A stretch of DNA of 64,000 nucleotides from Candidatus Acidiferrales bacterium. GTDB lineage: Bacteria > Acidobacteriota > Terriglobia > Acidiferrales > UBA7541. The stretch is from NCBI GenBank assembly GCA_035934545.1, contig DASYXV010000078.1:34232-98231 (forward strand). The letters run 5' to 3'. This document shows, one piece after another, positions 1-8,874 of this stretch. The notes beneath the pieces were generated by a model that was not told the origin of the DNA, ran no database searches, and was given only the letters and a program-made list of their open reading frames with translations. How positions within the stretch are numbered: position 1 is the stretch's first letter; each line of letters starts with the position of its first letter. Made by a program: the position numbers and the translations under genes.

Positions 1-941
1 GGGAAAACATCTGGTCGGTCTGGGCGATCACGGGAATGTTCGTCTTTCCGTGGCTCCTCGTTCTCGCCACCGTCCCTCATGCAGGCACGTTGTATTCCAG
101 CGTCAGCGCGCGGGAGATTTTCCTGCTCACACTCCTGGGCGCCGGATTCGGGCTTGCGCAGATTTTCTTTGGCCTGGGGATCGCCGCGGTTGGCATCGCG
201 CTGAATTTTGCCATTGCGGTTGGCATCTCGACGGCGCTCGGATCATTCGTGCCGCTGGTTTTTCAGCACTCCGACCGGATTTTTACGCCCCAAGGCGAAT
301 TTATTCTTCTCGGGGTCGTGCTCACACTGGCGGGCATTGTGTTTTCTGCTGTCGCAGGCCGCGAAAAGGAAAAGAGCTTGCGCAGCAGCGCTCCGGTCGG
401 TGGCGACACGTCCAAAAAGACAATGAGCTTCGCCGCCGGGCTCACGCTGTGCGTTCTGGCGGGCCTCGGATCTCCGCTGACCAACTTCGGCATCGCATTT
501 TGCACGTCGACTGTACAAAGAGCTGTTGAACTCGGCACCAGCGTAACCAACAAATACAATGTGATTTGGGCGCCGCTGTATACCGCTTCACTTGTGCCGT
601 ATCTGATCTATTGCATCTACCTCTGGCGCAAGAACCGCAGTTTTCGTCTTTTCGGCGAGCATGGAACCGGAGTCAACTGGTTCTACGGGATTGTGATGGC
701 CGCCCTGTGGATGGGAAGCTCGGCGATTTACGGCGTGGCCGCTGCGCGGATTGGCGATATGGGCCCGGTGCTAGGCTGGCCCCTCTTTATGTCCGTCATC
801 ATCATCACCTCAAGTATCTGGGGAGTTCTTACCGGCGAGTGGAAAGGGGCTGGAAGGAAATCGGCGAATTCGATGATTATCGCGATTGTTTTCCTGGTCC
901 TCGGGTTCGCTACATTGGCGTATAGCGGGAGTCTGGGATAA
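1..941 (+). CDS. rhaT: RhaT-family sugar:H+ symporter (L-rhamnose-proton symporter-like); 5' end lies outside the window
   Basis: The frame of ORF 36..941 stays open back to nt 3. It encodes a polytopic membrane protein. ENIWSVWAITG, the central AGREKEKS loop and C-terminal GEWKGAGRKS resemble by eye the E. coli RhaT pattern (ETMWSVGG, AGQLKERK, KEWNNAGRR). Confidence 0.6.
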   Translation, partial: ENIWSVWAITGMFVFPWLLVLATVPHAGTLYSSVSAREIFLLTLLGAGFGLAQIFFGLGIAAVGIALNFAIAVGISTALGSFVPLVFQHSDRIFTPQGEFILLGVVLTLAGIVFSAVAGREKEKSLRSSAPVGGDTSKKTMSFAAGLTLCVLAGLGSPLTNFGIAFCTSTVQRAVELGTSVTNKYNVIWAPLYTASLVPYLIYCIYLWRKNRSFRLFGEHGTGVNWFYGIVMAALWMGSSAIYGVAAARIGDMGPVLGWPLFMSVIIITSSIWGVLTGEWKGAGRKSANSMIIAIVFLVLGFATLAYSGSLG

Positions 942-961
942 TCGCGAACGTCCTCTGAAAT

Positions 962-1005
962 AAAAAATGGCGATGGGAATCGAGCCCATCGCCATCTAGG
1001 TTTTT
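962..1005. terminator. Bidirectional rho-independent terminator between convergent genes
   Basis: Perfect 11-bp stem ATGGCGATGGG (967-977) / CCCATCGCCAT (985-995) with a 7-nt loop. It is flanked by an A-run (962-967) and a T-run (1001-1005). Confidence 0.75.
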
Positions 1006-1027
1006 CGTCAACTCTCTCGACCCAATT

Positions 1028-4000
1028 TCACTTCGCTGCCTTCACCTCGATGGGGCTGCCACCAAAGACAGTGGGCGCCCCGGCGACCGTGGCGGAGTTG
1101 TTGTACATCGCCAGATCGCTCTTCAGCACCGCATTGAAGGCTTTCAACTGATCGGCAACTTGCCCAAAGAGCTGTCCCATCTTTTCTCTTGCGATCGGAC
1201 TGACCGGTTCGCCGTAGCTGCCGCCCGCCTCGAAACCGACCTGCTGCATCTGGTCGTAAAGGCGCGCCAGATCGTGAATGTCGTCTTCGGCAACGTCGTG
1301 CTGGATATTCGGATTGTAAACGGCATCTTTGATTGCAGTCAGCCTTTTCGAGAGTTCCTTGCCCTTGGCGACGATTGACTCGTACTTCGATTTTTCAGCC
1401 TTGTCGTCGCTCGACTGAATCTGGGACTGGAAATCGGCGAGCTGTTTGTTGATGGCGTCAATGCGATTCATCATTTCGTTGAGCGCGCTCTGCTCGCTGC
1501 GGGCCCGAAGACCAGCCTCCAAGTTCGCGCGGAAAATCGCGGGATCAACATGGAGATTCGGGTCTGGGAGAATCGAAACGCTCTGCGATTGCGTATCGCC
1601 ATTGACTGTAATGGAAATTTTGTAAGTCCCAGGAATGACCGGAGGCCCGGCATTGCGATCAAATCCGAAGCCACCGCCTCCCATCGGCGGACGCTCACCC
1701 TTGTATTGAGTGGGGCCAGCGTAGCGCATGTTCCAGACGAAACGATTGATGCCTGCGTTCCCCGGGCCATTTTCCGTTGCGACTGCGCCGCCGTGTTCGT
1801 CGGTGACCACAATTTTCACGGGGCCTTCGCCGCCGGGGCCGGGTTCCCCAGCGGGGCCCTGTCCGTCACCGCGTTGCATTTTGTCTTCGCGCGCCGGCTT
1901 GATTTCCGATTTCAGGAAGTAGTCAATCACCGCGCCACTCGGAGCGTTGGGCACGGAATAGCCGCCGCGTTCGCCGCCCTCACCGCGCCAGGGATGGTAG
2001 ATAGTGCCGGGCGCAGGCGTGAAAAGATGGAACGCGCTCGATTCGATTTCCGGCGTGAGCTCTTCAAGCGGACGGATATCGTCGAAGACAAAGAGGCCGC
2101 GGCCATGCGTTGCGACGAGCAGATCATGCGAATTCTTCACGAACTGCACGTCATAGACTGCCACGGTAGGAAAATCCGCCGTGAAAGCCTGCCAGTGATC
2201 ACCACTGTCTAGCGAATAAGAGAGGCCCGTGTCGGTGCCGGCGACGAGCAGGCCCTTGTGGTTCGGATCTTCGCGTACGACATGCACGGGTGAATTCTCG
2301 GGCAGGCCAGCAGAGATGCTGTGCCACGTGGCGCCGTAGTCGCCGGTGCGATAGGCGTAAGGATGCCGATTGTCGAGTTCATGCGCGTCGTAGACGACGT
2401 ACGCTGATCCAGCGTCAAAAGGCGAAACGCCGACCTGGTAAACGCGAGCCCACTCCGGCGCGCCAGAATTATGCGAGGTGACGTTGTTCCACGATTTGCC
2501 GCCGTCGCGAGTCACCTGAACGAGGCCGTCGTCGGTGCCAACCCAGACAACTTTAGGATCGGAGGGCGCGAGCGTGATGGAAAGGATTGTGCCGTAGGTT
2601 TCCGCACCGCTGATATCGTGCTGCACGGGCCCACCGGCGATTTCCTGCTTGGTCTTATCGTTGCGCGTCAGGTCTCCGCTGCTTGGCGTCCAAGTTTTGC
2701 CGCCGTCAGTCGTCTTGAAAAGGACGTTCGCGCCCAGATAGACTTCGTTAGCGTCCGTCGGAGAAACTGCAATCGGCGAAGTCCAGTTGAACCTGTATTT
2801 CAAATCGGCCGGCTTTACTTCCTCCACGGCGTCGAGATACGGCCGGATGAATCGCTCCATGTGCGTCTTCAGATCCAGCCGGACAATCGAGCCGTCTTGA
2901 GAATCGGAATAGACGATGTCGGGGTCGCTCGGCGCGGGCACGGAATACTCGCCATCGCCGCCGACCACGGTGTACCATCCGGCGCCAGCGACGCGTCCGC
3001 GTCCAAGGTCAGACGAAGGCCCGCACCAGGCGCTGTTGTCCTGCAATCCGCCACAGAGGAAGTAAGGCTGACGACTATCGGCCGCGACCATGTAGAACTG
3101 CTCAATCGGAAGTCCGTCCAGGAATTCCCAAGATTTCGCGCCGTCAGTGGAGAGATAGACGCCGCCATCGTTGCCCTGAATGATGCGATCCGGATTCGTC
3201 GGATCAATCCAAAGGGCGTGGTGGTCGGAATGTACGCCGCGGTCCGCAGGATGCGCGGTCTTGCCACCGTCGTCGGATTCCAACATGTTAAAGGAGAGGA
3301 AGTAGAGCTTGTTTTCATCATTGGGGGAGACGACGAACCGCGAAAAATAAAAGGCGCGGACATCGAGGCCGTGATTGTCGCTGACCGACGACCAGGAATC
3401 CCCCATGTCGAGCGACTGCCAAAGCATGCCGTGTTTCGCGCCGATCAGCGCGTAAATGTGTTCTGGACTCGAAGGCGCCACGGCCAGTGCCACGCGGCCA
3501 AGCGGGCCTTCTGGCAAGCCCTTCGTGAGCTTCTGCCAGGTGTCGCCGCCGTCTGTCGAGCGATAAATGCCGCTGCCCGGACCGCCGTCCATCAGCGTCC
3601 AGGGATAGCGTCGAAATTCCCACATGCCCGCGAAAATCACTTTAGAATTTCCGGGCGCCATGGCCAGATCGGAGACGCCGGTGGAATCGTTGACGAAAAG
3701 AACTTTCGTCCAGGTTTTTCCGCCATCGGTGGTGCGATAGACGCCGCGTTCCGCGTTCGGCCCCCAGGCGTGCCCCATGGCGCCGACGAAAACGATGTTG
3801 GGATTGTGCGGGTCAACGGCGATTGTCGAAATCTGTTGCGTGTCAGCGAGACCCATGAACTTCCAGGAATGACCGGCGTCGGGAGAAAAGTAGACGCCGT
3901 TGCCGTCAATCACGTCGTTGCGGATATTGCCTTCGCCCGTCCCGACCCAGATGAGATTCGGGTTCGACGGAGCGATAGCGATCGCGCCGATGGACGCGGT

Positions 4001-4297
4001 GGATTCGTGCTCGAAAATAGCCTTCCACGAAAGTCCCCCATCCACCGTCTTCCATACACCGCCGCCACCCGCGCCAGCGTAATAAATGTTCGGCTGGCCG
4101 GGAATGCCCGCGACAGCAGCGACGCGTCCGCCGGCAACCGCCGGGCCAAGATTACGGAACTTCAAGTTTGCGAAGATGTCCGCCGGTTTCCCGCCCGCAG
4201 CGGCTTGATCCGCAGCCGCGAGAGTCGGAAATGCGATGAGAAACGAGAGCGCCAAAGCTGCAAGGCTAACGCAAAAAACGCAAGACTTGTTCATCAT
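1028..4297 (-). CDS. Secreted BNR/Asp-box repeat beta-propeller protein (sortilin/VPS10-like, GH74-like architecture), paralogue 1
   Basis: Has a signal peptide (..AFPTLAAADQ). Carries about 10 Asp-box repeats S/T-x-D-x-G-x-(T/S)-W, e.g. TVDGGLSWKA, SPDAGHSWKF, TTDGGKTWTK, STDGGDTWQK, STDGAKSWEF, TTDGGKTWTP, TRDGGKSWNN. It is roughly half identical by eye to ORF 53744..56926. Confidence 0.8.
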   Translation of the reverse strand: MMNKSCVFCVSLAALALSFLIAFPTLAAADQAAAGGKPADIFANLKFRNLGPAVAGGRVAAVAGIPGQPNIYYAGAGGGGVWKTVDGGLSWKAIFEHESTASIGAIAIAPSNPNLIWVGTGEGNIRNDVIDGNGVYFSPDAGHSWKFMGLADTQQISTIAVDPHNPNIVFVGAMGHAWGPNAERGVYRTTDGGKTWTKVLFVNDSTGVSDLAMAPGNSKVIFAGMWEFRRYPWTLMDGGPGSGIYRSTDGGDTWQKLTKGLPEGPLGRVALAVAPSSPEHIYALIGAKHGMLWQSLDMGDSWSSVSDNHGLDVRAFYFSRFVVSPNDENKLYFLSFNMLESDDGGKTAHPADRGVHSDHHALWIDPTNPDRIIQGNDGGVYLSTDGAKSWEFLDGLPIEQFYMVAADSRQPYFLCGGLQDNSAWCGPSSDLGRGRVAGAGWYTVVGGDGEYSVPAPSDPDIVYSDSQDGSIVRLDLKTHMERFIRPYLDAVEEVKPADLKYRFNWTSPIAVSPTDANEVYLGANVLFKTTDGGKTWTPSSGDLTRNDKTKQEIAGGPVQHDISGAETYGTILSITLAPSDPKVVWVGTDDGLVQVTRDGGKSWNNVTSHNSGAPEWARVYQVGVSPFDAGSAYVVYDAHELDNRHPYAYRTGDYGATWHSISAGLPENSPVHVVREDPNHKGLLVAGTDTGLSYSLDSGDHWQAFTADFPTVAVYDVQFVKNSHDLLVATHGRGLFVFDDIRPLEELTPEIESSAFHLFTPAPGTIYHPWRGEGGERGGYSVPNAPSGAVIDYFLKSEIKPAREDKMQRGDGQGPAGEPGPGGEGPVKIVVTDEHGGAVATENGPGNAGINRFVWNMRYAGPTQYKGERPPMGGGGFGFDRNAGPPVIPGTYKISITVNGDTQSQSVSILPDPNLHVDPAIFRANLEAGLRARSEQSALNEMMNRIDAINKQLADFQSQIQSSDDKAEKSKYESIVAKGKELSKRLTAIKDAVYNPNIQHDVAEDDIHDLARLYDQMQQVGFEAGGSYGEPVSPIAREKMGQLFGQVADQLKAFNAVLKSDLAMYNNSATVAGAPTVFGGSPIEVKAAK

Positions 4298-4674
4298 TTT
4301 GCTCCTTTGAAGATTGCAGAGATTCTCGATTCGCGGCGAAAGCTCATCTCTTTAGAAATGGACATCAAAAAAACATGCCTTCCTGGAGATTGGAATGCTC
4401 TTCGCGTCGCGCATTATACCTAGCTGCGCGCGGAGGAAAACCTCGGATCACCGAGAGCCTTATATGGACGTATGCGGAGTCCGATTGGTTCCGCGAGGCA
4501 GATACGATGGCGAGGCCTAGTAGGTTGCGCCCTCCCGCACTCACGGGTTACTCCCAAGCGACGAGACAACGCGGGACCGCCCCGTCGGGACACAAGATGC
4601 TGCATCCTAGCAGGTGTCTGGAGAGCGGGGCCTCTCCTCCGCTCCCTAGGTCAGTCCGTTTGGGAGGATAGAGA

Positions 4675-5175
4675 ATGCAAAGATCTGCGGTCTTGCTCAC
4701 GATATTCCTTCTTGCTCCGCACATCGCGCGCGCGCAAAAGAACGAAGTCTTCGCTGGTTACTCTTTCCAGGTCATGGAGGCCCGTCCTTCAGGCTTTGCT
4801 CTCATCAACGGCTGGGAAGCCACTTACACGTATAAATTCTCAGGTTACCTTGGCATCTCAGCGGATGCCAGCGGCGACTACGGTACAGTTACGAACTCGC
4901 GTATGAATTTCCACTCTTATCTCTTCGGCCCTCAGATGGAGTTTCCCGTCGTTCCGAAACTCATGCCATTTGTGCACGCGCGCCTCGGGTGGTCCCGCTC
5001 GAGCTTCCAAGGCTTAATCACGCGCAAGCCTTCATTCGACCTCGGCGGGGGAACGGACTACAAGGCATCGAATAATTTCTCAATTCGGCTCATCCAAGCA
5101 GACTTTATCACGGGTAACTTCACACAATCTTCCCCTGAGATTCGCTTCTCGACAGGAATGGTTTTCCAGTTCTGA
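4675..5175 (+). CDS. Small outer-membrane beta-barrel protein (OmpW/OprF-N-like porin family)
   Basis: Signal peptide ending ARAQ. Shows alternating hydrophobic beta-strand pattern with aromatic girdle residues. The C-terminus ..GMVFQF ends in Phe, as is typical of BAM substrates. GGAGGA Shine-Dalgarno lies upstream. Confidence 0.65.
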   Translation: MQRSAVLLTIFLLAPHIARAQKNEVFAGYSFQVMEARPSGFALINGWEATYTYKFSGYLGISADASGDYGTVTNSRMNFHSYLFGPQMEFPVVPKLMPFVHARLGWSRSSFQGLITRKPSFDLGGGTDYKASNNFSIRLIQADFITGNFTQSSPEIRFSTGMVFQF

Positions 5176-5222
5176 AGAACGAACTTAAACTTCACCGCTA
5201 CGTAGCATGCGCTCGAAGATTC

Positions 5223-5729
5223 TTAGCGACAACCCCCCGATGCTGGACAGATATGCACAGCCCTCGAAAAAACGATCGCTGGATGCACTCCGCTGGTTGT
5301 TGGAACGCCAGTGGGGCCAGAGAGTACAATGGCATTATGGATTGCACTGCCGGTGTGAACGCCCGTTTGGATGACCACCAGCGCGTGATACAGAGACCTG
5401 TTCTGTTCGGAACCATCCGTCGACATCTTCTTCAGGGTATATTCGGACCAAAGCACCACGCCTTCAAGACCACCCTCAATCGAATAAAGTTCAAGTCTGC
5501 CTGGCTTCTTTCCAGCGAGGGGGTTGCTTTCGACAAGGTCTTGTCGATTCCTCGCTGCCATAGTCGTCTCAACGTCTGCAATGACAGCGGCGGTCTGAAT
5601 TCCGGTCGCAATCCAGAAGCGCTTATCCCAAACTCTGGGAATGAGCCGACGAATACGAGGATGTGGTTTAGCGGATGCAGGAACACACAAAAGAAGAAGC
5701 GCCACCAGAATCGCTAATTGCTTGAACAT
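5223..5729 (-). CDS. Hypothetical secreted protein
   Basis: Internal ATG at 5729 is preceded by GGAGGG with ~6-nt spacing. N-terminal signal peptide MFKQLAILVALLLLCVPASA. No motif recognised. Confidence 0.5.
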   Translation of the reverse strand: MFKQLAILVALLLLCVPASAKPHPRIRRLIPRVWDKRFWIATGIQTAAVIADVETTMAARNRQDLVESNPLAGKKPGRLELYSIEGGLEGVVLWSEYTLKKMSTDGSEQNRSLYHALVVIQTGVHTGSAIHNAIVLSGPTGVPTTSGVHPAIVFSRAVHICPASGGCR

Positions 5730-6000
5730 GATGTTCCCTCCGTACCGCCGCGTGCAGCGTCCTTGGAGGGAAAGGCAAGCCGACAATCTGACGGGTGGTC
5801 ACTCTGGAGCAATCTACGAGCCGAAGGGCAGCTTTTAACGACCGCGCGCAACTATTTTGATTTGAGGCGGATGCAATCTCTTAAGGGCTGGCAAACCGTT
5901 TCAGGTACGGCGACGAATTCCACTTCGGAACACAGACAACCGTACCCCGTGCCAGAATGGAAAAATAGAAAGAACGAGCATCCCTAGGCCGAACACTCAG

Positions 6001-6666
6001 CTAAGGCTTGAAGGGGCTCTCACTGACCTGGTGCTGCAGAATAAGCGCACCGAGACCTGCTGCAGCAGCACCAGCCAGGAATATGACCAAACCGCGCCTA
6101 TTTCGAGCAGGATGCTGCCCCGCGTCCACAGACTGAAGACCTTGTCCTTGGATTGTAACTGCGTAAGTATGTCCCGGAGCTAGAGGATAGACCTTGCCAT
6201 CTATCTCAAGCTCAAGCGGAGCAATACTGCATGAGACGTAAAGTCGGTCCGGGTCAGCCACCTCCACCTGTGCGACGGTGTTAACCGGTGTCTTCGGTCT
6301 AACGATCACGTCTAACGCTCGAATTGCAATACCGCCCCCATGGGACGACGCAAAAGCTGCCGTTCCATGTGTCAATACGAGCGTCGCATTTGTGCTATCG
6401 CCCTCTAGTTTTGCCTCGCTTAACTCATTCAAATGCAACTGGTTCGCCGTCACTCGAATCCTTATAAATCCGTGAGCGTCGGTTTGCAAAATATCTCCTG
6501 CGAAGACGGTCGTCCCCGTCATCGACAACAGAGAGGTGCCGTCCAGTCGCGCAGCTTGCGTTTGAATGACGAATCCGATCACCGCATTAGGAGCTGCGAC
6601 AACCGGGAGGGTGGCCAAGCAGGCGGAGAGAATAGATACCAGAGCGCCCCGAACTATATAACGCAT
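6001..6666 (-). CDS. Hypothetical secreted protein with possible FecR-like domain and C-terminal membrane anchor
   Basis: ATG at 6666 follows GGAGG plus a 5-nt spacer. Has a signal peptide. The stretch GTTVFAGDILQTDAHGFIRIRV is reminiscent of FecR-type sensor domains (weak). C-terminal hydrophobic helix LVIFLAGAAAAGLGALIL. Confidence 0.5.
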   Translation of the reverse strand: MRYIVRGALVSILSACLATLPVVAAPNAVIGFVIQTQAARLDGTSLLSMTGTTVFAGDILQTDAHGFIRIRVTANQLHLNELSEAKLEGDSTNATLVLTHGTAAFASSHGGGIAIRALDVIVRPKTPVNTVAQVEVADPDRLYVSCSIAPLELEIDGKVYPLAPGHTYAVTIQGQGLQSVDAGQHPARNRRGLVIFLAGAAAAGLGALILQHQVSESPFKP

Positions 6667-6706
6667 AAGCACCTCCGAGAGGTATGCCCCGAATCTAGGC
6701 CCTTAT

Positions 6707-7162
6707 TTATATTGAGTCAAGATGAAAGCGATCATATGTTAGTTTCAGTGCATGCCCATGTGAAGCCGACTGTTCTGAACTTGCCCTTACGCACGATCTC
6801 AACGGGCCGAAGAGAGCAAGCTGACCGAGCGTCTCTAGATACGCCACCGACGAACTTGTTTCCGGACAAACCTCACCATTCCAGGCTTCCAGATGCGCAC
6901 GCACGAGGCCCACAACCAGTGAGGCAAGGAAATCAAACAGCGTCGCTTCTTCCATTGCGCGGCCCGCAAACTCTTGTACATTTCGGAGGCCAGACGAAGC
7001 GCCACTCCGCCCATCCACGATGCGGTGGATGGTGCCGATTGCAAGCCCTAACGACCACGGCAGGTCACCCGCAAGATGATCCATGACGTGGAGCAAAGCT
7101 TCCAAGGAGAGAAGCTGCTGCTTTGTGAGCACAAAGGTTGGGTCGTCTGCTATCATATCCAT
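6707..7162 (-). CDS. Hypothetical protein (151 aa)
   Basis: This is the only long ORF in the interval and sits 34 nt upstream of the 6001..6666 gene on the same strand. No recognisable motif, weak SD, and lower GC than neighbours. Confidence 0.4.
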   Translation of the reverse strand: MDMIADDPTFVLTKQQLLSLEALLHVMDHLAGDLPWSLGLAIGTIHRIVDGRSGASSGLRNVQEFAGRAMEEATLFDFLASLVVGLVRAHLEAWNGEVCPETSSSVAYLETLGQLALFGPLRSCVRASSEQSASHGHALKLTYDRFHLDSI

Positions 7163-7303
7163 TTCTCTGGGGCTTTCCGCCTGGGAATCGAAAGGCCCCC
7201 AATCCGAGCCAAACCTTAGGGTCGTCTATCCTAGCTTCCTTCTTGAACGCAGGTAGGTCTGGCTTCGTCTTGGTATTTATAAAACTTCTAGTACAATGAG
7301 TCA

Positions 7304-7330
7304 ATACTTATATTATTTTTATATAAGTAT
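7304..7330. promoter_or_regulatory. AT-rich perfect inverted repeat in divergent intergenic region (candidate operator/UAS)
   Basis: ATACTTATAT (7304-7313) - 7 nt - ATATAAGTAT (7321-7330). It is centred almost exactly midway between the divergent starts at 7162 (-) and 7468 (+). Confidence 0.35.
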
Positions 7331-7467
7331 CACATGCTGATATATCGTCAGATTTGCCTACGCTTCGTCTGATAACGTCAAGCATACATTCCCGCTTAAT
7401 CTCGGCTAGGGTTCACGAACACGCGGGGCGCTTGGCAATCCCGCGGTTGGCTGGTAGATTGAAATCA

Positions 7468-8874
7468 ATGGCCACCGGAGCCCAGTTCTCGCAGCGCATC
7501 CTCATCGTCGAGGACGAAGAAAACGCCCGAAAAGGCTACGAGGCGCTGTTGCGCAAATGGGGCTGCGAAGTTATCGGGGTCGGCAATGCCGAGGATGGCC
7601 TCTCCAGATTCGGCGAGTTCCAACCGGCGGTTGTCCTCGCAGATGTCGAATTGCCAGGATTGAATGGCCTCGAACTGCTGGAAAAACTGCACGTGGACTC
7701 GCCGGAAACTCCGGTCATCATCATTACTGGCCGCGGGAGCGACGAGCGCGCCGTACAAGCCATCGAGGCAGGCGCGTTCTGGTACATCGAAAAACCACTG
7801 AAGCCGCCCGTGCTCCATTCCCTGCTCGACCGCGCCATGGGCAAAGTGCGCGACCGCAAGCAAGTGGCGGCGCTCACGCGACAGTTGCGTGACGTGGGCC
7901 GGCTGGGCGAACTGGTGGGCGCCTCGAAAGCCATGCAGGAGGTGATGAGGCAAGTGGAAATGGCCGCGCCGTCCACGGCCTCGGTCCTGATCACTGGCGA
8001 GACTGGTTCAGGCAAAGAGATCGTCGCACGCACGATCCACCAATTGTCTCCCCGCGCAAACCAGGCTTTTGTGGCCATCAATTGCTCCGCGATTCCTGAA
8101 TCGCTGATGGAGAGCGAGATCTTCGGTCACGAGAAGGGCGCCTTCACTGGCGCCGCCGAACGAAGATTGGGCTGCTTCGAATTGGCCGATGGGGGAACTC
8201 TTCTGCTTGACGAAATCGGCGAGATGCCCGCTCCGACACAGGCAAAACTTCTTCGCGTCCTCGAAGACCGCAAAGTGCGCCGGCTAGGAAGCAAGGCCGA
8301 GACACCAATTGACGTCCGTGTCCTCGCCGCGACGAACAAAGATCCGCAGCAAGCAGTCGCGCAGGGAAAATTGCGGCAAGATCTTTACTTTCGCCTTAAT
8401 GTGTTTCACATCCATTTGCCACCGCTGCGCGAACACAAGGACGATCTGCCGCTGCTGGTCGAGCAATTGATCTCCGACGCAAACCGCAAGCACGGCCGCC
8501 AGGTTCCGGGAGTGAATGCAGAGGTGATGGAACTTTTCAAGAGTTACTCCTGGCCGGGAAACGTTCGTGAAGTACGCAATATCATCGAACGAGCGACAAT
8601 CGCCAGCGATCATGGTTCTATTGGTCGAGCGCATCTGCCAGCGGATTTTTCCCGCGGTCCTGTGGCGCAAACCAATGAGCTTTCCGGCCTGCGCTTCCCT
8701 CCCGGGACGACAGTGGAGGCGGCCGAACGCGAACTCATTCTCCAAACTCTGGCAGCAACCAATCAGAACAAGACGCGCGCGGCCGAGCTGCTCGGCCTCA
8801 GCCTGAAGACCTTGCACAACAAGCTGAAGGAATACGAGGCGTCGGGGAAACATGGCGCTCAGCTTAAGGACTAA
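7468..8874 (+). CDS. Sigma-54-dependent response regulator (NtrC family: REC + AAA+ + Fis-type HTH)
   Basis: Contains ILIVEDEE..DVELPGLNG receiver, Walker A GETGSGKE, intact GAFTGA, and C-terminal HTH ..NKTRAAELLGLSLKTLHNKLK. The start is moved to ATG 7468 (MATGAQF..). Confidence 0.9.
   Translation: MATGAQFSQRILIVEDEENARKGYEALLRKWGCEVIGVGNAEDGLSRFGEFQPAVVLADVELPGLNGLELLEKLHVDSPETPVIIITGRGSDERAVQAIEAGAFWYIEKPLKPPVLHSLLDRAMGKVRDRKQVAALTRQLRDVGRLGELVGASKAMQEVMRQVEMAAPSTASVLITGETGSGKEIVARTIHQLSPRANQAFVAINCSAIPESLMESEIFGHEKGAFTGAAERRLGCFELADGGTLLLDEIGEMPAPTQAKLLRVLEDRKVRRLGSKAETPIDVRVLAATNKDPQQAVAQGKLRQDLYFRLNVFHIHLPPLREHKDDLPLLVEQLISDANRKHGRQVPGVNAEVMELFKSYSWPGNVREVRNIIERATIASDHGSIGRAHLPADFSRGPVAQTNELSGLRFPPGTTVEAAERELILQTLAATNQNKTRAAELLGLSLKTLHNKLKEYEASGKHGAQLKD

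Noticed and set aside
2471-4423. 650-aa plus-strand ORF
   Set aside because: It is entirely antisense to the BNR-repeat gene, which has a signal peptide and about 10 Asp-boxes. Its Arg/Ala/Gly/Val-rich composition has no motifs. This is a typical stop-free antisense frame in GC-rich DNA.
7449-7463. TGGCTG-N5-TTGA sigma-54-like match
   Set aside because: It ends only 5 nt before the ATG at 7468, and the -12 lacks the conserved GC.
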